DNA of 64,000 nucleotides from Hyphochytrium catenoides (lineage: Eukaryota > Protista > Hyphochytriomycota). This document shows, piece after piece, positions 26,075-39,936 of this stretch; within the stretch, counting starts at the first letter, position 1, and every line of letters begins with the position of its first letter. The stretch spans positions 27,401-91,400 of the forward strand of contig FLMG01000727.1 in assembly GCA_900088475.1 (NCBI GenBank). Reading direction: 5' to 3'. The notes under the pieces are model-generated. The model made no database searches. It had not been told where the DNA came from and saw nothing but the letters and a program-made list of their open reading frames with translations. Made by a program: the position numbers and the translations under genes.

Positions 26075-26393
26075 AAAAGAGAACGAAGTGGAGTCTTGGC
26101 AAGGATGCTCAGAACTCTAGTGGTACGGTGCAACCAGCTGATGACCAGCAGGAGAATTGATCACATGAACAAAGGCGAGGTTGCAGACTCCCCTAAACAG
26201 CCCTTGAAGGAATGGATGAGATAGGAGAAGAGGGTAGGGATCCAGAGATGCTATGTCTTGTCCATCATAGAGGTGCAATCAGCGCTTCATGGAAAGAAGG
26301 AAGACATCTCTATTATCGAGGTCCGTAGTCACTAAGGATGTGTCCCTACAGCCTCAAAATAAATACATCTTGAGACTGACATCGCAGCAAACT

Positions 26394-28999
26394 CTAGATT
26401 TCGTCATCCAAGTCAATCTCGTTGGGGTCATCGGCTGCTTGTACTTGTGAAGCAGTCGGCGCCGAATCTGGAGGAAATATACTTAGAAGTGAAGAAGTGA
26501 ACGGGTTTAAGGAAATGGGCCAAGGTGAGTTTCAGGAGAGCTCGGAATATGCCTATTAACAAAGGAGAGGCAGGCAAAAGAAAGAAAAAGAGGAGAACTA
26601 TATAAAAGAGAGAACAAGATGAAGTAGCGTTTACCAATCAGTCAGGAAGAGGTCGTGGGAGAGCATGTTACCTTCCTCCAGATCGTCCAGATCTATCTCG
26701 CAGGGGTCACTAAAAGCTTGGGTGGGAAGGGTGAGACCTCCAACTTCAAATAGCTGGGGAACCAAGCCCCCTGTACCTCCACTTCCTCCTTTTGCTAAAG
26801 TCTTCCCGTACGGAATAGTTATCAGATGTGGTTCTTGGAGACGCTTTAAGAGCTCGTCCGTCTGAGGATTACCCTGCCGATCTGGTTGTCGCCGTGGGTG
26901 AAAGACGTCCCTAGGTTTCCCACACGTTTTTGTGAGGCAAGGTCCAGGTCCAACGAGTAAGTGAAGAGCTCGACCACAGTGAAAAAGGAAGACAAGGAAA
27001 ATCATGGAAATTTTGCCACGACCGACGGAAAGTGAGATTCAGATAAAAGTGAGGACAAAGTACCGAAAGGACAGTACGACGTAAAATTTCTAAAACGGAA
27101 CCCATACCCAGCAACGTAATGCTGGACCGTCCTTCCAAAGGGGGGTGGCGACAATAACCCTTCTTCGCTGCTTGATCTCTCTTTCATTCGCCGGACATGG
27201 ATCTCTACATCTGGGACTGTCTTGGGAGGTCTGGTTGAGTAGAACGAATAGGTTCCCTTGACAATTCCAAGCCACTCGGGATCTAATGAGATCTTGTCCT
27301 CTCGAAGTTCGTGACTGTGTGTCTCCCCACGAACTGGAATCTGCACAACTTGGAGGAAGTCCCTACCCGGCAGACACTTATCCAGACTGAGGAATTTCGT
27401 CGTCTATGAACAGGAGAATGGCCGACGGTCAAGCGATTGAAGAGAATAATTGACATATGGAGGATAATATTGGCAACAACGGTCACAGATGAAAGAGAGC
27501 GGTGAGCTGGCGCTTGATATAGGGCAAACCTTCGCATCTCCTTTGCCTTCATGTGGCACGACGGCCACAAACTTGCAATGCATATGAGCGGCAAACCAAT
27601 AGCTGGGCTGGGATAAAGGACATGAGTGAATATTGCACCAGAGATCAGTCAAAGTATTGCAATCACTTAATCCAACTGCGCCATCTCAAGAACACATAGG
27701 TGGGAAGCAAGTAGGATGTAGAATATACAAGAGCAGTATGGGAACTCGATATCGAACTTAGGAGGTCCGTCATCGGGAGGCAGAGCGAGATGCATATTGA
27801 TATCGGGTCAGAGCCTTTGAAGCTCGAGGGCCGAACTTTGACTTTGCTTACTTGCAGCTTCGCCAGCAGCGCATCAGTATGTGGGTTGCCCAATGCATCC
27901 CTCTCTATGTCACTCCTAAATAAGGGAAAAGAAGCGACAACGAGAGAGCGGTGCGGGGACGGGGCAGGTAGAGCCTCGAATTACAAGCTGAAGCAGTAGG
28001 AGAGCACTTCCGGTAAGGGACACCTGAAAAACGGCTTGCGCCGGAGAAGACCTTTTACGTCTCCGTACTTGGTAATCCCAGCTGGCCAATCATGCGAGAG
28101 GAAGACGTCCAATGGCTCCTTAAACTGTGGGACGCATTGAGTTATGAGGAGAACCAAGGTGACCGAATGAACCAAAGGGACATACAATAGCAGCGCACTA
28201 GGTTAGGTGGTAAGACCATGATGCTGAACGTCAAAGAGATCTCCAGGAGAAGTTGTTCCAAGGAAGAACATGGTGACAGTCTGAGGACTCCTTAATCTAG
28301 TCCCGTCACTGCTAATAGGCTAAGGGAAGTTAAAAGACCTCTCTGTAGTACCTGCATGAGTCTCATCATATCCTGCTCACGGACGTGATATACGCTTCTC
28401 ATGGACGATTCAGTGTATGGCGGTCGCTCATAATGCCCGATATGGTAATGCGCGCTCTTGTATATGCCTAGAGGGCAGTGGATTGTCGAGCCTCTCAGAC
28501 AAGAAGCTCTTCTGACAAGAAAGCCTGTCGTACCAGATAGGCCACCAATGCGAATGCCTCCAAAGTTCACGATGCCTGCATAGCCCAAGAAATAAATGTT
28601 GGGCGCTACCCAGCCACCAAGCGGCAGTTCCTATCAATAACAGTTGGTAAGAATGTCGCGCTTGTCCTGAAGTGTTATGTGGGTTACCTGAAGGTAGTTT
28701 GAAGCCTCATGATTGCCCCCTATAAAGATAGTAGGAATAGGTGCCGTCTTCTCGCCTGAATAGTACTTATAGAAGGTGCCTATCTTTTTATACTTAACGG
28801 GACAAGCCATACAAGCTAGATCTTCATAGTTTCGTACAGCTTGAAAGTCTCCACAAATAAGGAGAAGATCCACCTTCACCCCTTTCACTTGCTGGATGTG
28901 CAAGATGGTATCATAGATCTCATCCAGCTGGCCATGACAACAACCTTCTACCGCCACATTCAGAACCTTTGGCGGCGGTGTATCCGTAACTGCCGCCAT
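26394..28999 (-). CDS. DBR1: RNA lariat debranching enzyme
   Basis: '[12 protein letters not shown]', '[10 protein letters not shown]', '[12 protein letters not shown]', 'FLSHDWP', '[11 protein letters not shown]', '[15 protein letters not shown]', 'GNPQT', and two C-terminal 'DPxEIDLDD' motifs. Confidence 0.95.
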
Positions 29000-29876
29000 T
29001 CTCAGAGACCTCCGTCTGCTTTCACTCTCGTATCTTCACCCTACCCTACTTGTATCTTCAACTCTATCCGCGGCTACTTTTCGAGATCCTCCCTCAAGGC
29101 GCACAGGTTAGGGACGAGTGCAATAGCCCGTCTTCTCGTGTCTCTACCGCCTCGCTTCGTGCTCCGCTTCAGCTCTCTCGTCCTTCAGAAAGTCGAAGGA
29201 ACTCCGCTAACGCTGCTTCAGAGCTGCTGTTGTCTTCTCTAGTAGCACTTGTTGGGCCGTTGTTGAGATTCAACGACCGTGAAATAGCCTAATGGCAGCG
29301 TTAGTCGAGCAAGCACGTAGCCATGGCGTCAACAGGTTCTATGAACATGAAAGGATGATCGAGTCGATCCGATGATGGGGACAAACATTTTTGCTTTCTC
29401 ATTCTTCATCGTCAATTAGCCGATCCAGAATAGAGATGGGTAATAGATTCCTTATCCCAGACATATGATATTTGTATCGATAATACTACACTTGTGTTAT
29501 CATAACAGCCACAAGAATCTTTATTGTCTCTGTCTCTTTCTGATAAAGAGTCATGCTGCGGTAAGAACCATCACTCAGGCAGTCTTCAGAGAACAGCTCA
29601 GGGCTGTCAGCTCTCGCTTCAGCACTTATTAGGTTGTTCGGACCAGTATCACAGCCAACGCACCATACCGATGTTCCCCATTGCCTTCACTGCAACTTGT
29701 CTATCTCTGGCTTAAGGTTTTTGTGAGGAAAGTTCGCGCTGGACTCCAGATGTGGTGCAGGACTTGCTGCTATGAGTGGTTGTCAGTCAGGAGCTTGGTT
29801 GGTTGAAGACATGAGGTCATTAGATGCAGTAAAGATGCGGACTGTTGAGCAATAAGAACCCATGGCTGGGCAAATG

Positions 29877-30776
29877 CTACGGCCTTGAAGAACATTTGAG
29901 GAATGGTAGATATGCAAGAAAGGTCTGACATCCCTCCCCCGGATGAAATACGTCGTCCTGGTTTGAAATTGATGTTAGCGTAGCGAAGCTCTCATACGGT
30001 GCTACTCTGCAGCACTGGTTACAAGCGGAGACTAAAGCTTTCAATGAGGATTGAGGTCCCAATTAATCAACTGAAAGAATGGATGTTACCTCTGTACACA
30101 GCTAATAAGTGATATTATCGTTATAAAAAAGTGCTATTGTCGAGACCATTGCCTATTGCTAACTCTAAGAGCTTGAGACCTATCGATGAATACCTCTGGG
30201 GGAGTATTGTCGTTGATGGCGAAGAAGAGGCTGGACTTCTTTGAGGTGAGAGTGGCACGCAGTAGATCCAGCAGATGAACCCATGTCATCTTCTTTTTCG
30301 ATGTATTCTCCTCAAACCAAAGAGAGCAGTTTAGCCCCCATGCATGGAACTCGAAGGCAAGGCTTGAGGGTATAGAAGAGAATTCAGTGCTTTGGACCCA
30401 CAAGATGGCCTCATCGGTTGACCGATGTAGGAAGGATGATAGATAGTGAGTCATACCTAGCGTTTTAGCTAACATGATAGAGTATATATAATGCTGTGAG
30501 TACGTGGTGTCGGCAACAAGGGGAAAGGGTAATGAACTCTAACTTTCCTATCATCTTGGATGAGAATCAGCGATGCCTCAATGTCTGCTTGTCCTACTTG
30601 CGATACGAGTTTTGGCTAACAAAGTGAGTGTCTTCAATTCTACTCTCCTCTACTACGGATCCCCTCAACTCGTTGATGGCTCGAGCGGTAGAGACTGAAG
30701 AAGACTTTGACACGGACGAGCCTTCTTTCCGCATTTTGCCAGTCGCAACGCTCTCATCCGTTTGGCCTGGCTCCAT
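29877..30776 (-). pseudogene. Frameshifted, PH-less paralog of the gene at 36435-38487
   Basis: 'LAFEFHAWGLNCSLWFEENTSKKKMTWVHLLDLL..SSLFFAIN' matches the second copy and shares its intron position. The homologous 'SSIGLKLLELAI' lies in a shifted frame after about 30190. Confidence 0.65.
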
Positions 30777-30789
30777 GTACAGTTGAAGG

Positions 30790-30872
30790 AGAAAGCAGGA
30801 AGAAGAAGCAGGAGGAAGAAGAAGGAAGAAGAAGGAGAAGGAGGGGGAGAAGAAGAAGAAGAAAATGAAGAG
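30790..30872. repeat. GAA/GGA purine-rich trinucleotide tract
   Basis: Seen directly. Confidence 0.8.
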
Positions 30873-31318
30873 AGACGAGAGCTACATACAGAATCGTGGA
30901 CTCTGCATTATTATTACGTTCTCCTCCCCACCATCAGTAGGAAAAGGAAGACGAACCAAATTTCAACTCTTCGGCAATAACGATAGGAGACGGAAGAGGA
31001 GACGAGGAAGAGGGCGTGGCGCCGAGACGATTACTATCATCGCGCTCTATCATCATGCAAGCTAGAGCGTGGTCCAACTGCTGAACACGAATACGCTTCA
31101 AGGTCGTCTGTAGTGCCCTCTCTTAGTGATTGAATTGCCATCATAGCTAAGGCTGTAATCTTCTCCTTGAGGAGTAAGACCGAGAAACTCTTCCATACAT
31201 CTGAGTATGATGACTGTTCAAAGTGATAGAAAGAAATGTATATTGAGTTTCTTAAATAGCTATCAGCCTGTGTGTTGAGGGGTTTGAAGACGTTGTTTGC
31301 TTATCCAAAAGTCCTTTC

Positions 31319-33614
31319 CTAGTAGACGTCACTGTGTGGTACATGTGGAAGCTTTGAACTCTCGGTCAATGGCGATGATGATATTACCATCATGTCGTCA
31401 CGCAGACCCCTACCAGGCTCACCATCATTTCGAGCATAGGGCACAGTTTCCCACACTGGTTTATCCCCCTTTCTCAAAGTAAGGTGAACATTATTATAGG
31501 TAGCAGTTAGTCCGTTGAAGGGCGATGGACTAATGCAAACCGCGGCGACGGACTGTGACCGAACCACTGGGAACTCAGTTGTGGTCCTATTTTGATACAT
31601 TGTGGCGCCCGAGACCTCAACAAGAACTCTTGCCGTATGGATTGGATCGAGTAACAGCCAATGGCGAAGCCAGTACCTCGCTTTTCCTAATTTCCAATTA
31701 CGAGGCAGGCATCCCAGTAGCATGAGAATGAGCCGCGGAAGGACTACGGCCCCAAACAACCCGATGAGACACCACATCGTGATCCAAACCCGAATGGAGA
31801 TACCTCCAGCTCAGATGTAATCATCAATACCACCACTGGCAGGAACTACTTGTAGATCTGGAAAGCTAAAATTTCTATCTTCAAAGTACGATCCGTCAAT
31901 GACGGCAAGCACCCTGGCTTCACCGACCCGTCTTTCAATGCTGAACTGATGCCTGAAATGGCTCTCCATAGTCAGTTGACGGTCCGGTAGGAATTCCACA
32001 CCGCCTCGTAGAATAAAGGCATTTCCCCAGACAAGCTGCTGTGTGAACAACTCTTCACCGTCGGCGAATGAAGCTAATCCCATAACGGCCGTAAGAAGTA
32101 ACAAGTGGGAATCAGGTTGTATTTGGCCTTTGTCATCCAGGAGATAAGTTCGATTGATGAAGTCTACAATTGAGTCGTCATCGTTGGCTGCCATACTCAA
32201 GATCGTTCCGTTCGGTAGCTTGGAATGGACAGTATCCCATCCCAAGCAGTATGAAATGCGGATTGAACTTTTCGCGCCAGGTTGATACCTGACACCTTCG
32301 GGACCACTGAATTCAGCTGCTGTGACACTATAGTTATACATCGGATCATGAAGCGGCAAGGCAGAAAGAGGATTCATAAGAATCATTTGAATTCGGCGAG
32401 TGTCACTCCGCTGAGAACCGTCGGTTACGTTATCTTTCCAATAAGCATCAATTGGCCGTCCCTGGTTGCCACCTGTCATTCTAGAGTGCGGGAAGTATTT
32501 ATTCCCAAAGCTGTGTCTATATAAAAAGGTCGTGAATGGCGTAAATGGCTCATAGGATGATGTGAAGAGCTCGCCCGCCCAGAGAATTCCCATCTCGGTG
32601 GTCTCATTCGTCAGGGGATTAGAATACTTCCCGTAACGAAAGTGATAAAGAGGATCCATGAACGTGCATTCGCGGCGATGCTCAATCCAGACAGGAGATA
32701 TATTTCGAAGGACTCAAATGACCTTGAAAGCTGCTGTTAAACGTAGCTGAGATTGTAACGTTAAGGATGGGGTGGCAGTGCTTCACGTACGGTGGACATC
32801 CTGACTTCGTTTCGACAGCTATATCGTCATCCAGGGCCCACATCGGGTCTTCCGACTTGGCAATCTTCTGTTGAACCTTTCGGAGCCTCCGATTTGATTC
32901 GTACACCTCCAAAATCTTTGATAGCGCGCCGGTGCGGTTTTCGTTGTAGGCGATACCCTCTTGGAGTAGTAAACTCAGTGAAGTAGGGTTGGCAGGAATA
33001 TATGAATTGGGCAGGAGCATCAGATTTGTGAACTGAGGACCTCCCAGCAAATTTCCTGTCAGCACCATAATTGCACTCATAATTACTGAGGACCACATGA
33101 AGTAGTTTCCTCCAGAGCAAATGTTGACAAAACCTAGGACAATCTTCCTAGTGTTCTGCATCTCTGAAGTGAGACATACTTCGGCAGGATAGTCGTGGTA
33201 GACTCCGGGACCACTTCTCAAGAAGAGGTAGACCGAGTAAGCAGCTGATATGACTGTCGACAGAAGCTGCAAGGTTAGTGCCACCGCCAAGAGCGATATG
33301 AGGGTAGTAGAGTACGCTATCCATGTCGAATCAGTGATGACAATCGTCCAGGTTTCTTGATACCACTCCATGGTAATGGTTAGTGGTGGCTTCTTTACCT
33401 AGAGATCAACTGGTGGGTAATTGACAGCAAAAAATAAAGGACCCACTGAAATATCTGGAACAATAATAACCAGGATGAATGCCGACCCCAGTAACAGCTT
33501 CAATGTCCAGGCTGAAGATTCATCTGCCTCAAAGAGGGAGAGAAGCTATTTACCGTGTGCGCATAGCGAAGAAGATCCAGAAATGAGTTGAGCGCTAACA
33601 GTATTGCTTTTCAT
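31319..33614 (-). pseudogene. Disrupted multi-pass membrane protein with a large lumenal loop (one frameshift, one in-frame TGA)
   Basis: ORFs 32682-33371, 31811-32659 and 31319-31777 are colinear. A frameshift lies near 32690-32700 (KYIS / SPVWIEHRRECTFMDP). The TGA at 31811-31813 is in frame with the next ORF. Hydrophobic segments occur at both ends, with several NxS/T sites. The 5' exons up to the ATG at 33614 are inferred. Confidence 0.6.
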
Positions 33615-36434
33615 AGAAGAAAAATAGATGAAAGTGAGTAGTGACTCTTTCAAGGCATAGAACTGAACGAGCTCGTTATGGTCACGCTAGCTGCATGGAT
33701 CTCAATGCTGGAGATTGCCGGACAAAGCAAAGTAGCCAGCATGCATTCCAAAAGCAGGCATCCTAGATCCCGTCGACTATCCTCTGTCATTCTTCCTCTC
33801 GCTCATCGTCCCTTGTATGTCTTCTTCTCTTTGAAACGATGAAGTTTTTGCTTGTGGAATGTGGATCCAAGTCCTACAACAGTACTCGTACAATAGTAAT
33901 AGGAGTTCACTACAACTGCATCCAACATTCGCGGCAGGCACAAGACTTTATCAGTCAAGCAAGCCCTGTAACTCTCCTGCTCAACGTGGACTGTGCCTCG
34001 TTTCTTACCTCCCTCTAGAGAATATACTCAGGTCGAAGTAGTAGCTCTATGCCATGAATTCTGGGTGTGATGACTGCCAAGACAGCTTTTACTTTTTGTT
34101 GGTTTATGAGGACTCATGAAGGCGCCGGGATTAAAACCACTATCCACTGGAGTTCGTTTGCCACAGTTTGTCGACGTTATTTAACCCTCTCGTCTAATGT
34201 CTATAATAAGGCCTTAGATAATAATAAGTCCCATTATTAGGCAGTAATGAGTAGAGTTCTATAGTGTACAAGGCTAGTTCTAACCCTAAATAATCATAAA
34301 AAGTGGAAGGGTAGAGAAAGGGTGTCATTGAGGTAAAGAACTGCTGTCTCGTAGGACTCTATTTTCTGGTTGCGAGTGAGGTGTGCAAGACCGTGCAAGA
34401 CAGGGGATGGTACTTTTGATGAAGGCTAATGGCATACCATTATTACTACTGTAGTATCTGAGCAAGGCGTAAAGATGAGGTACACTGGGAGCTGCACTAG
34501 GAGGTCATGTCTCCGTGAGCGCAGTCGAGTGATAAGCAAGCACAAAGTGCATGTGCTGTTGCCCCTTTACTGGTGTTGCAAGAAGAGCGACCGAGAGTGT
34601 TATCAAAAGCAGCAGTCAGATCCAACCAACATTGTTGGTTCTTGTACAATAGGGTTGCATGACTGGCTGGCTGGACTGCGAAGGATCTGGAAGACAGAAC
34701 GCAATCAGCAGAAGAATGACCAACTCCAAGTAATAAGAGGGTGATAATTCTTTCTACCACCTTATACAAGCTTCAAGACTCAAGCTAAGTAGTAGTTTCC
34801 TACTTGTAGCAAACCTAACCAGCTTTTGCCCCGTCGTCTGATCAAGGAGGGAGGTGACCGTAGAACAAGTCTAGAACTCTAGGAACAACAACGTTTGTCA
34901 TCGGAGATTTGTTCGAGGATCCCCGTCTTTTTCTTATTTACTAGTACCACACACCCTTGGATGTGTCCATCACAGACGACTCTGCAGCGATCCTGAATTC
35001 TTCCTTAGGCGGGAGACCGCGCTGGTTGTTCATGTGAGGAAATGAACAATGAGACCAACAACTAGTAGAAAGCACCACGCGGTCGCCTATAGGGCTGGAG
35101 TTTGTCCTACCTACTCTATCCACCTGGGTTCTTTTGGGGTGCTATGCCATGAAGTCTTGATTGTGTTTTCGAACGGCTTGTAAAGCTTCAACATCCTGGT
35201 CGCTCTTCACTTGAAGCTTCTCAACATGGGCCTTGAACTCGACTAGTTACTATATTTATATTAGGCCGCCACCGCAGCCTTTTAAGAGGCGAGTGCGCTT
35301 TCGGCAAACGTGTTCTTCCTCAGCACATGAATCCTTCCCTCCTTCTTCTTGTTTTGAAAGAGACTGATAAGCGTCTTGTTGATATATCTCGTCCTCCTCT
35401 TCGCGTTACCCCCACCATTATTACATCTTAGAAAAAATCAACTATGAGAAGAGCCCAAGAATTGGTAGCTCTTTTCTCCTCATCTATCTTCTCTTCGTCT
35501 CTATCGTCCTTCTCTCTCCCTTTACTTCCTTGCTTCCCTCTTATATGATGATACCAATTATAAAGCAGTAGTCCATGATTCGCATCTCTCACTGTTTACA
35601 TAATAACTGAAGTGCTTATCATGCCCCATTATCATGCGCAAATGAGGAACAGCCAGCAAAGCTACATCATGAAAGCGGCGGGGTTGCTGACAGTAGTGTC
35701 ATAACAACCGGGTGGCTTCTATACGTTGCGTTTCTGATGAGCAGAATTTTCATCACCTTTAGGAGATAGAAGCTTGATGACTCATGAACAATGAAGAACA
35801 ATTGGTGAGTTTGAAAGCTGACTATGGCAGGTGAACCACGGGCTGATCGAAAGGTCAACAACTACTTATAAATAAGTCTATGTCTGATTGAGTATATGTT
35901 ATACAGATGCATACAATTGCCGTCCGACTTTCACCTTGAAGTTGTGACCCACCGTCTTCCCATCATGAATAGATGAGCTCTTCGCGAGCTCTGACATAGA
36001 ACCTCCAAGGATGTGACTGCATCGCCACTACGATAAGGTAATTCAGAGCTTTTCGATTCCAGCCTGCACTATTCGTGGCGAAGTTCTGAAGGTTCTGCTC
36101 GCGGACCGGTTCTACCCCTTTTACCTGCTATTCTAAAACTGTCAAGAGGATGAATGATGTTGTCATGGAGTGGGCAAAAGACAGCCCAGGATGGTAAGCT
36201 CCTCTCGTCACCTCTTCCCCCTTGGTCCTAAACTATCGAACACGGCCAACAAGCCACTCACAACCAATGGTACCCACTGTCACAAACTGAGAGGTCCAAA
36301 TTGCATGGGGATCTGTGAGGAACTTGTTAGTGTTCGGCTCTAGGGCAGCATAATAAGGGAGAAAGTGATACGAGAGGATTGTCAGTTTGACAAGGCAAGA
36401 TTGACTAATGCTGCCGGTGTACGGTTGTTGTCAG

Positions 36435-38487
36435 TCAAAGACGCTTTTGAAGCCTTAGAACCTGCTGTAACCTAACTGGGCGTGTATTTAGCAAGTATGA
36501 CGGTGGCCGGACTGTTATCAACAGCTGGTGAATAGCGTTGAGCCATGGTAGGCTAAGGAAGAAATATCGGAATGATCCGTGATAAATAATCTGCCAATTC
36601 TCTGGATTGAAAAGGAGATCCACCAAATTGGCAGGGAAACGTTTCATTACAGCCCTCCTCGACAGCGAAGGGAGTAGAGGTGATTAGAGCTTTAATACGA
36701 ATCAACCGTCCAATGGAGAAGTGAAAGAGCAGGACGGCTCTTACTTTCTGCTGGGACACAGCTTATCGGAATTGGTGCCAATGTCTATAGCTAACTCTAA
36801 AAGCTTGAGGCCTATCGATGACTTAACTTCTGTCGGTGTTTCTTGATTGACGGCGAAGAAGAGACTAGACTCCTTTGGTGTAAGAGCCTCGATGGCAGCC
36901 AGTAAATCCAGTAGATGAACCCATGTCAACCTTTTCTTCGAGGTGTTCTCAAACAAGAGAGAGCAGTTTAACCCCCACGCCTGAAATTCGAAGGCGAGAC
37001 CTGAAAGGTGGAAACATCAGCCTTTGCACTCACAGGCCTCATGTTGGCCAATGTACCGAGGATGTAGTACCTAGCATTTTAAGCCCCGACAACATCTCTA
37101 CCTCGATAATCGACTCTATTTGTGACTCTTCAGCTGCAACGAAGCTGGCAACTTCGCCTCTTGAGCCTGCCTGAAAGGCTCTAGGAATGCGAAGCTTGTT
37201 CCAGATCTTGATGTGTTCATTCGAGTTTACTGAGCTGTACCATGGCTGGGTCTCCATAATATCAAATATCTGTTCAACGAGAAGGCCGAGGTGGGAGGAA
37301 TCGGCAGGTATTGGCCTATCAGGGTCGGAGGCACGGAAACAGCAGTGATGGAGGACAGTACCTTAGCTGCGGGCACTGTTATCCTCTCACCACAGAGCTG
37401 GCATTTTGCTACGATCTGATCCTCGGTGAAGAGCTTCATCAATGGCCTTGCCAGGACGATCTGAAGTGATTTCCATTGCTTTAAAAGATCCTCCAACGCT
37501 CCAAGTAGTGCATCTCTTTCATCGGGAGAATGGCACTCCAGATCAAAGGCCCTCTCCTTTGTCACTAGAGAAAGGAACTTTCTAAACTTGGATGAAGACC
37601 TGGGCAAAGAAGTGTTGGTACTCTATCTAGTATCACATTGACCATCAAGCCGGAGGTTTTAAGCGACCACGTACTCTGACAAGGGATGCAACGAAGGCCC
37701 TTTCTTTACTTTCTGAATGTCTTGCAGTGCGGCACCCTTTATCCTCGTAGGACTGACCCTCGTTATAGGAATATGCAGCGAGCTAATACAAAGCTGCCAG
37801 GACTGTATATTGAGCCACAACAGTCTTTTCTGCGGCAGCCCGCGACGTCCATGCTTGATGACGACTACGCCCGATGTCTAACAATGGACAAGGATTGACC
37901 AGATCAAGGGCGGCCACTTAGCTTGCGGTGAGGGAGTCAGCAACTTCACCCACCTAAACAGCTCACCTTCAGTTGCTTGAGCATTTCTTGGTGTTTAGGT
38001 GTCTCCGACTTGGCAGGGTTACTATAATTGTCAAGCAACGTCGAGTCCCTGCTGCACTTCTCAAGCCGGACGACGTATCTGCAGCCCTTCAGTTCACAAT
38101 GTAGTGAATCTCGGCGATCTAGGCGGCTCTGTCTAATGCTAGGCTTCTGCTGATTTAACTCAGACCTACAAGTTATCCTCGGTCAAGGCTAGCTGAGTTG
38201 GTGGCAAGAGTAATAATAGATGCAATAGAGAGCAAAGAAATGCGCCGCAACCTTGGTGTCCTTCTTGTGTTTCTGTTGTTGTTGACTGAGACGAAGTCAT
38301 CCTCCTCCTGTGAGCTATTAGTCCCTGAGAATGAGGAGATCTGCCCCAACCGCAATTGGGACCCCCTTCTTGAAATTGACCGAGATCTCTGCGTGCGATA
38401 CCTGATCCTGGCTAGTGCTACTTCCTCCTGACTCACAATCTCGACAGTCTGCTTCCGTTTTTCATTCTCTGGAATATTGTCAGTCAT
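36435..38487 (-). CDS. PH-domain (PLC-like PH) protein with an uncharacterised C-terminal domain, multi-exon; 3' end uncertain
   Basis: The spliced PH domain reads 'MLKQLK|TSGVVVIKHGRRGLPQKRLLWL..LQDIQKVKKG..FLSLVTKERAFDLECHSPDERDALLGALEDLL'. It continues 'GLAFEFQAWGLNCSLLFENTSKKRLTWVHLLDLL' and 'FPANLVDLLFNPENWQIIYHGSFRYFFLSLPWL'. Confidence 0.65.
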
Positions 38488-39936
38488 TTGGTTACGCTCA
38501 ATATTGCTGAATAATGCAACCATACTACAGAGCATCCAACATCAGAAATAAAGCTTCCTCTTTAGTAAAATCTTCTCCCTACCAGAGCATCCCATTTGCC
38601 GAGGTGATGGCAAAGTGATGAGATCATTATTGGACGAACTCTCGAAGGAATTGGACCGGAAGAGCTTTCGTCCGCCCTCGTTGGGTTTCGGTGTCTCAGT
38701 AGGTGACCTATCCATCGCCATCTTGCTGTTGTCAGTCTGATCTTCCGGAAGCGAGCAATACCGGTAAAGTGGCCCTACACACTAAACCAATACCCAGGCT
38801 TACACTATGAACTTAAAGAGCCTCCCAGTATAGTTGTGGAAGCTCGTGCGTGCTTTAAAATCCTTATGCTGAACAGAAGATAATGCGGTCCATCATCAAC
38901 TCTATAACAAGTCATCTGCTAAGATCAGATGACATGAACCCGCATTACCATGGTTGGTGAGTGGGACTAGGAAGTCGGCGATGATGATGCTCATCCATAG
39001 AGCCGATACGCGCAAAGATCCATCACTCTTCCTTCCCACCTCCATAAATCTCCCCTACATAGTCCCTACACACCAAGCATCTACCACGTGAGACTTTCAG
39101 TTGACCTACAAACAGGGACCCAAACCACGAGTCAGGGACCATGGGAGTCCTATCTTCACGCTTAGCTCATCCGCTGCCATGCCAGTGCTGCGCCTTCTGA
39201 AGCCCAGTCTAAGACGAACAATGTAACGGACTCCATCCAAGCAGTAACCACTTTTCTATCATCAACCACCGAAACGCTCTGTGAGGAATAATTAGAGAAT
39301 TTATTCCAAATGCAAAAGCATAATCTAATTTTGGACCAGCTTGAACCTTGTATTATTTAGGGGATAGATGTATACTATAGAGATCCTACTATTCTTGGTG
39401 CATATCTCGTTATGACAGCACTGTGGGCTATGGGCCTACCCACGTTCCGATCCTCAGGGTCACACCCAGCCTCATCTACCAAAACTGAAGAACTGATCCA
39501 CCCACCATCAAATAGAAGTAAATGACAAGGATTAGAGGAAACCCACCCACCCTGTAGCATTTTCTATTGGCAGTCGGTATGGTCGGAATTTATGGAGGTC
39601 TCAGGAGCGAACATGTTATAGCATTAGGGACAAAGTGACCTACACTATGTGAGTACAAAGAGGTTATAAAAAGCCTCCATCTTCGAACATTGTCTGATGG
39701 CCACTTTCCTTCAGACAGCGGCGGCTACCGCCAGATTGGCCGATGATGACGATTTCAGTTCAGCTCCAGACACATTTCTGAAGCTTCATTTGAAGACTGA
39801 AATGGGCTTTGGAATCAGTTAATGTCGTTGCATTAGGCCCACAAGCCACCGACCTAATCCTTTCTCTGGTTGTCATCGAAAGCTGTTGAACTCGTGAGTC
39901 AATTGAGAAGATAAATTTTCTTATTTACGACGAACG

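Noticed and set aside
31811-31813. Selenocysteine or an alternative genetic code
   Set aside because: Conserved genes here end normally in TGA, TAG and TAA. The same ORF also has a frameshift, there is no redox motif, and no SECIS was identified.
34278-34292. Telomere-like CTAACCCTAAA
   Set aside because: Fewer than two units, which is expected by chance.
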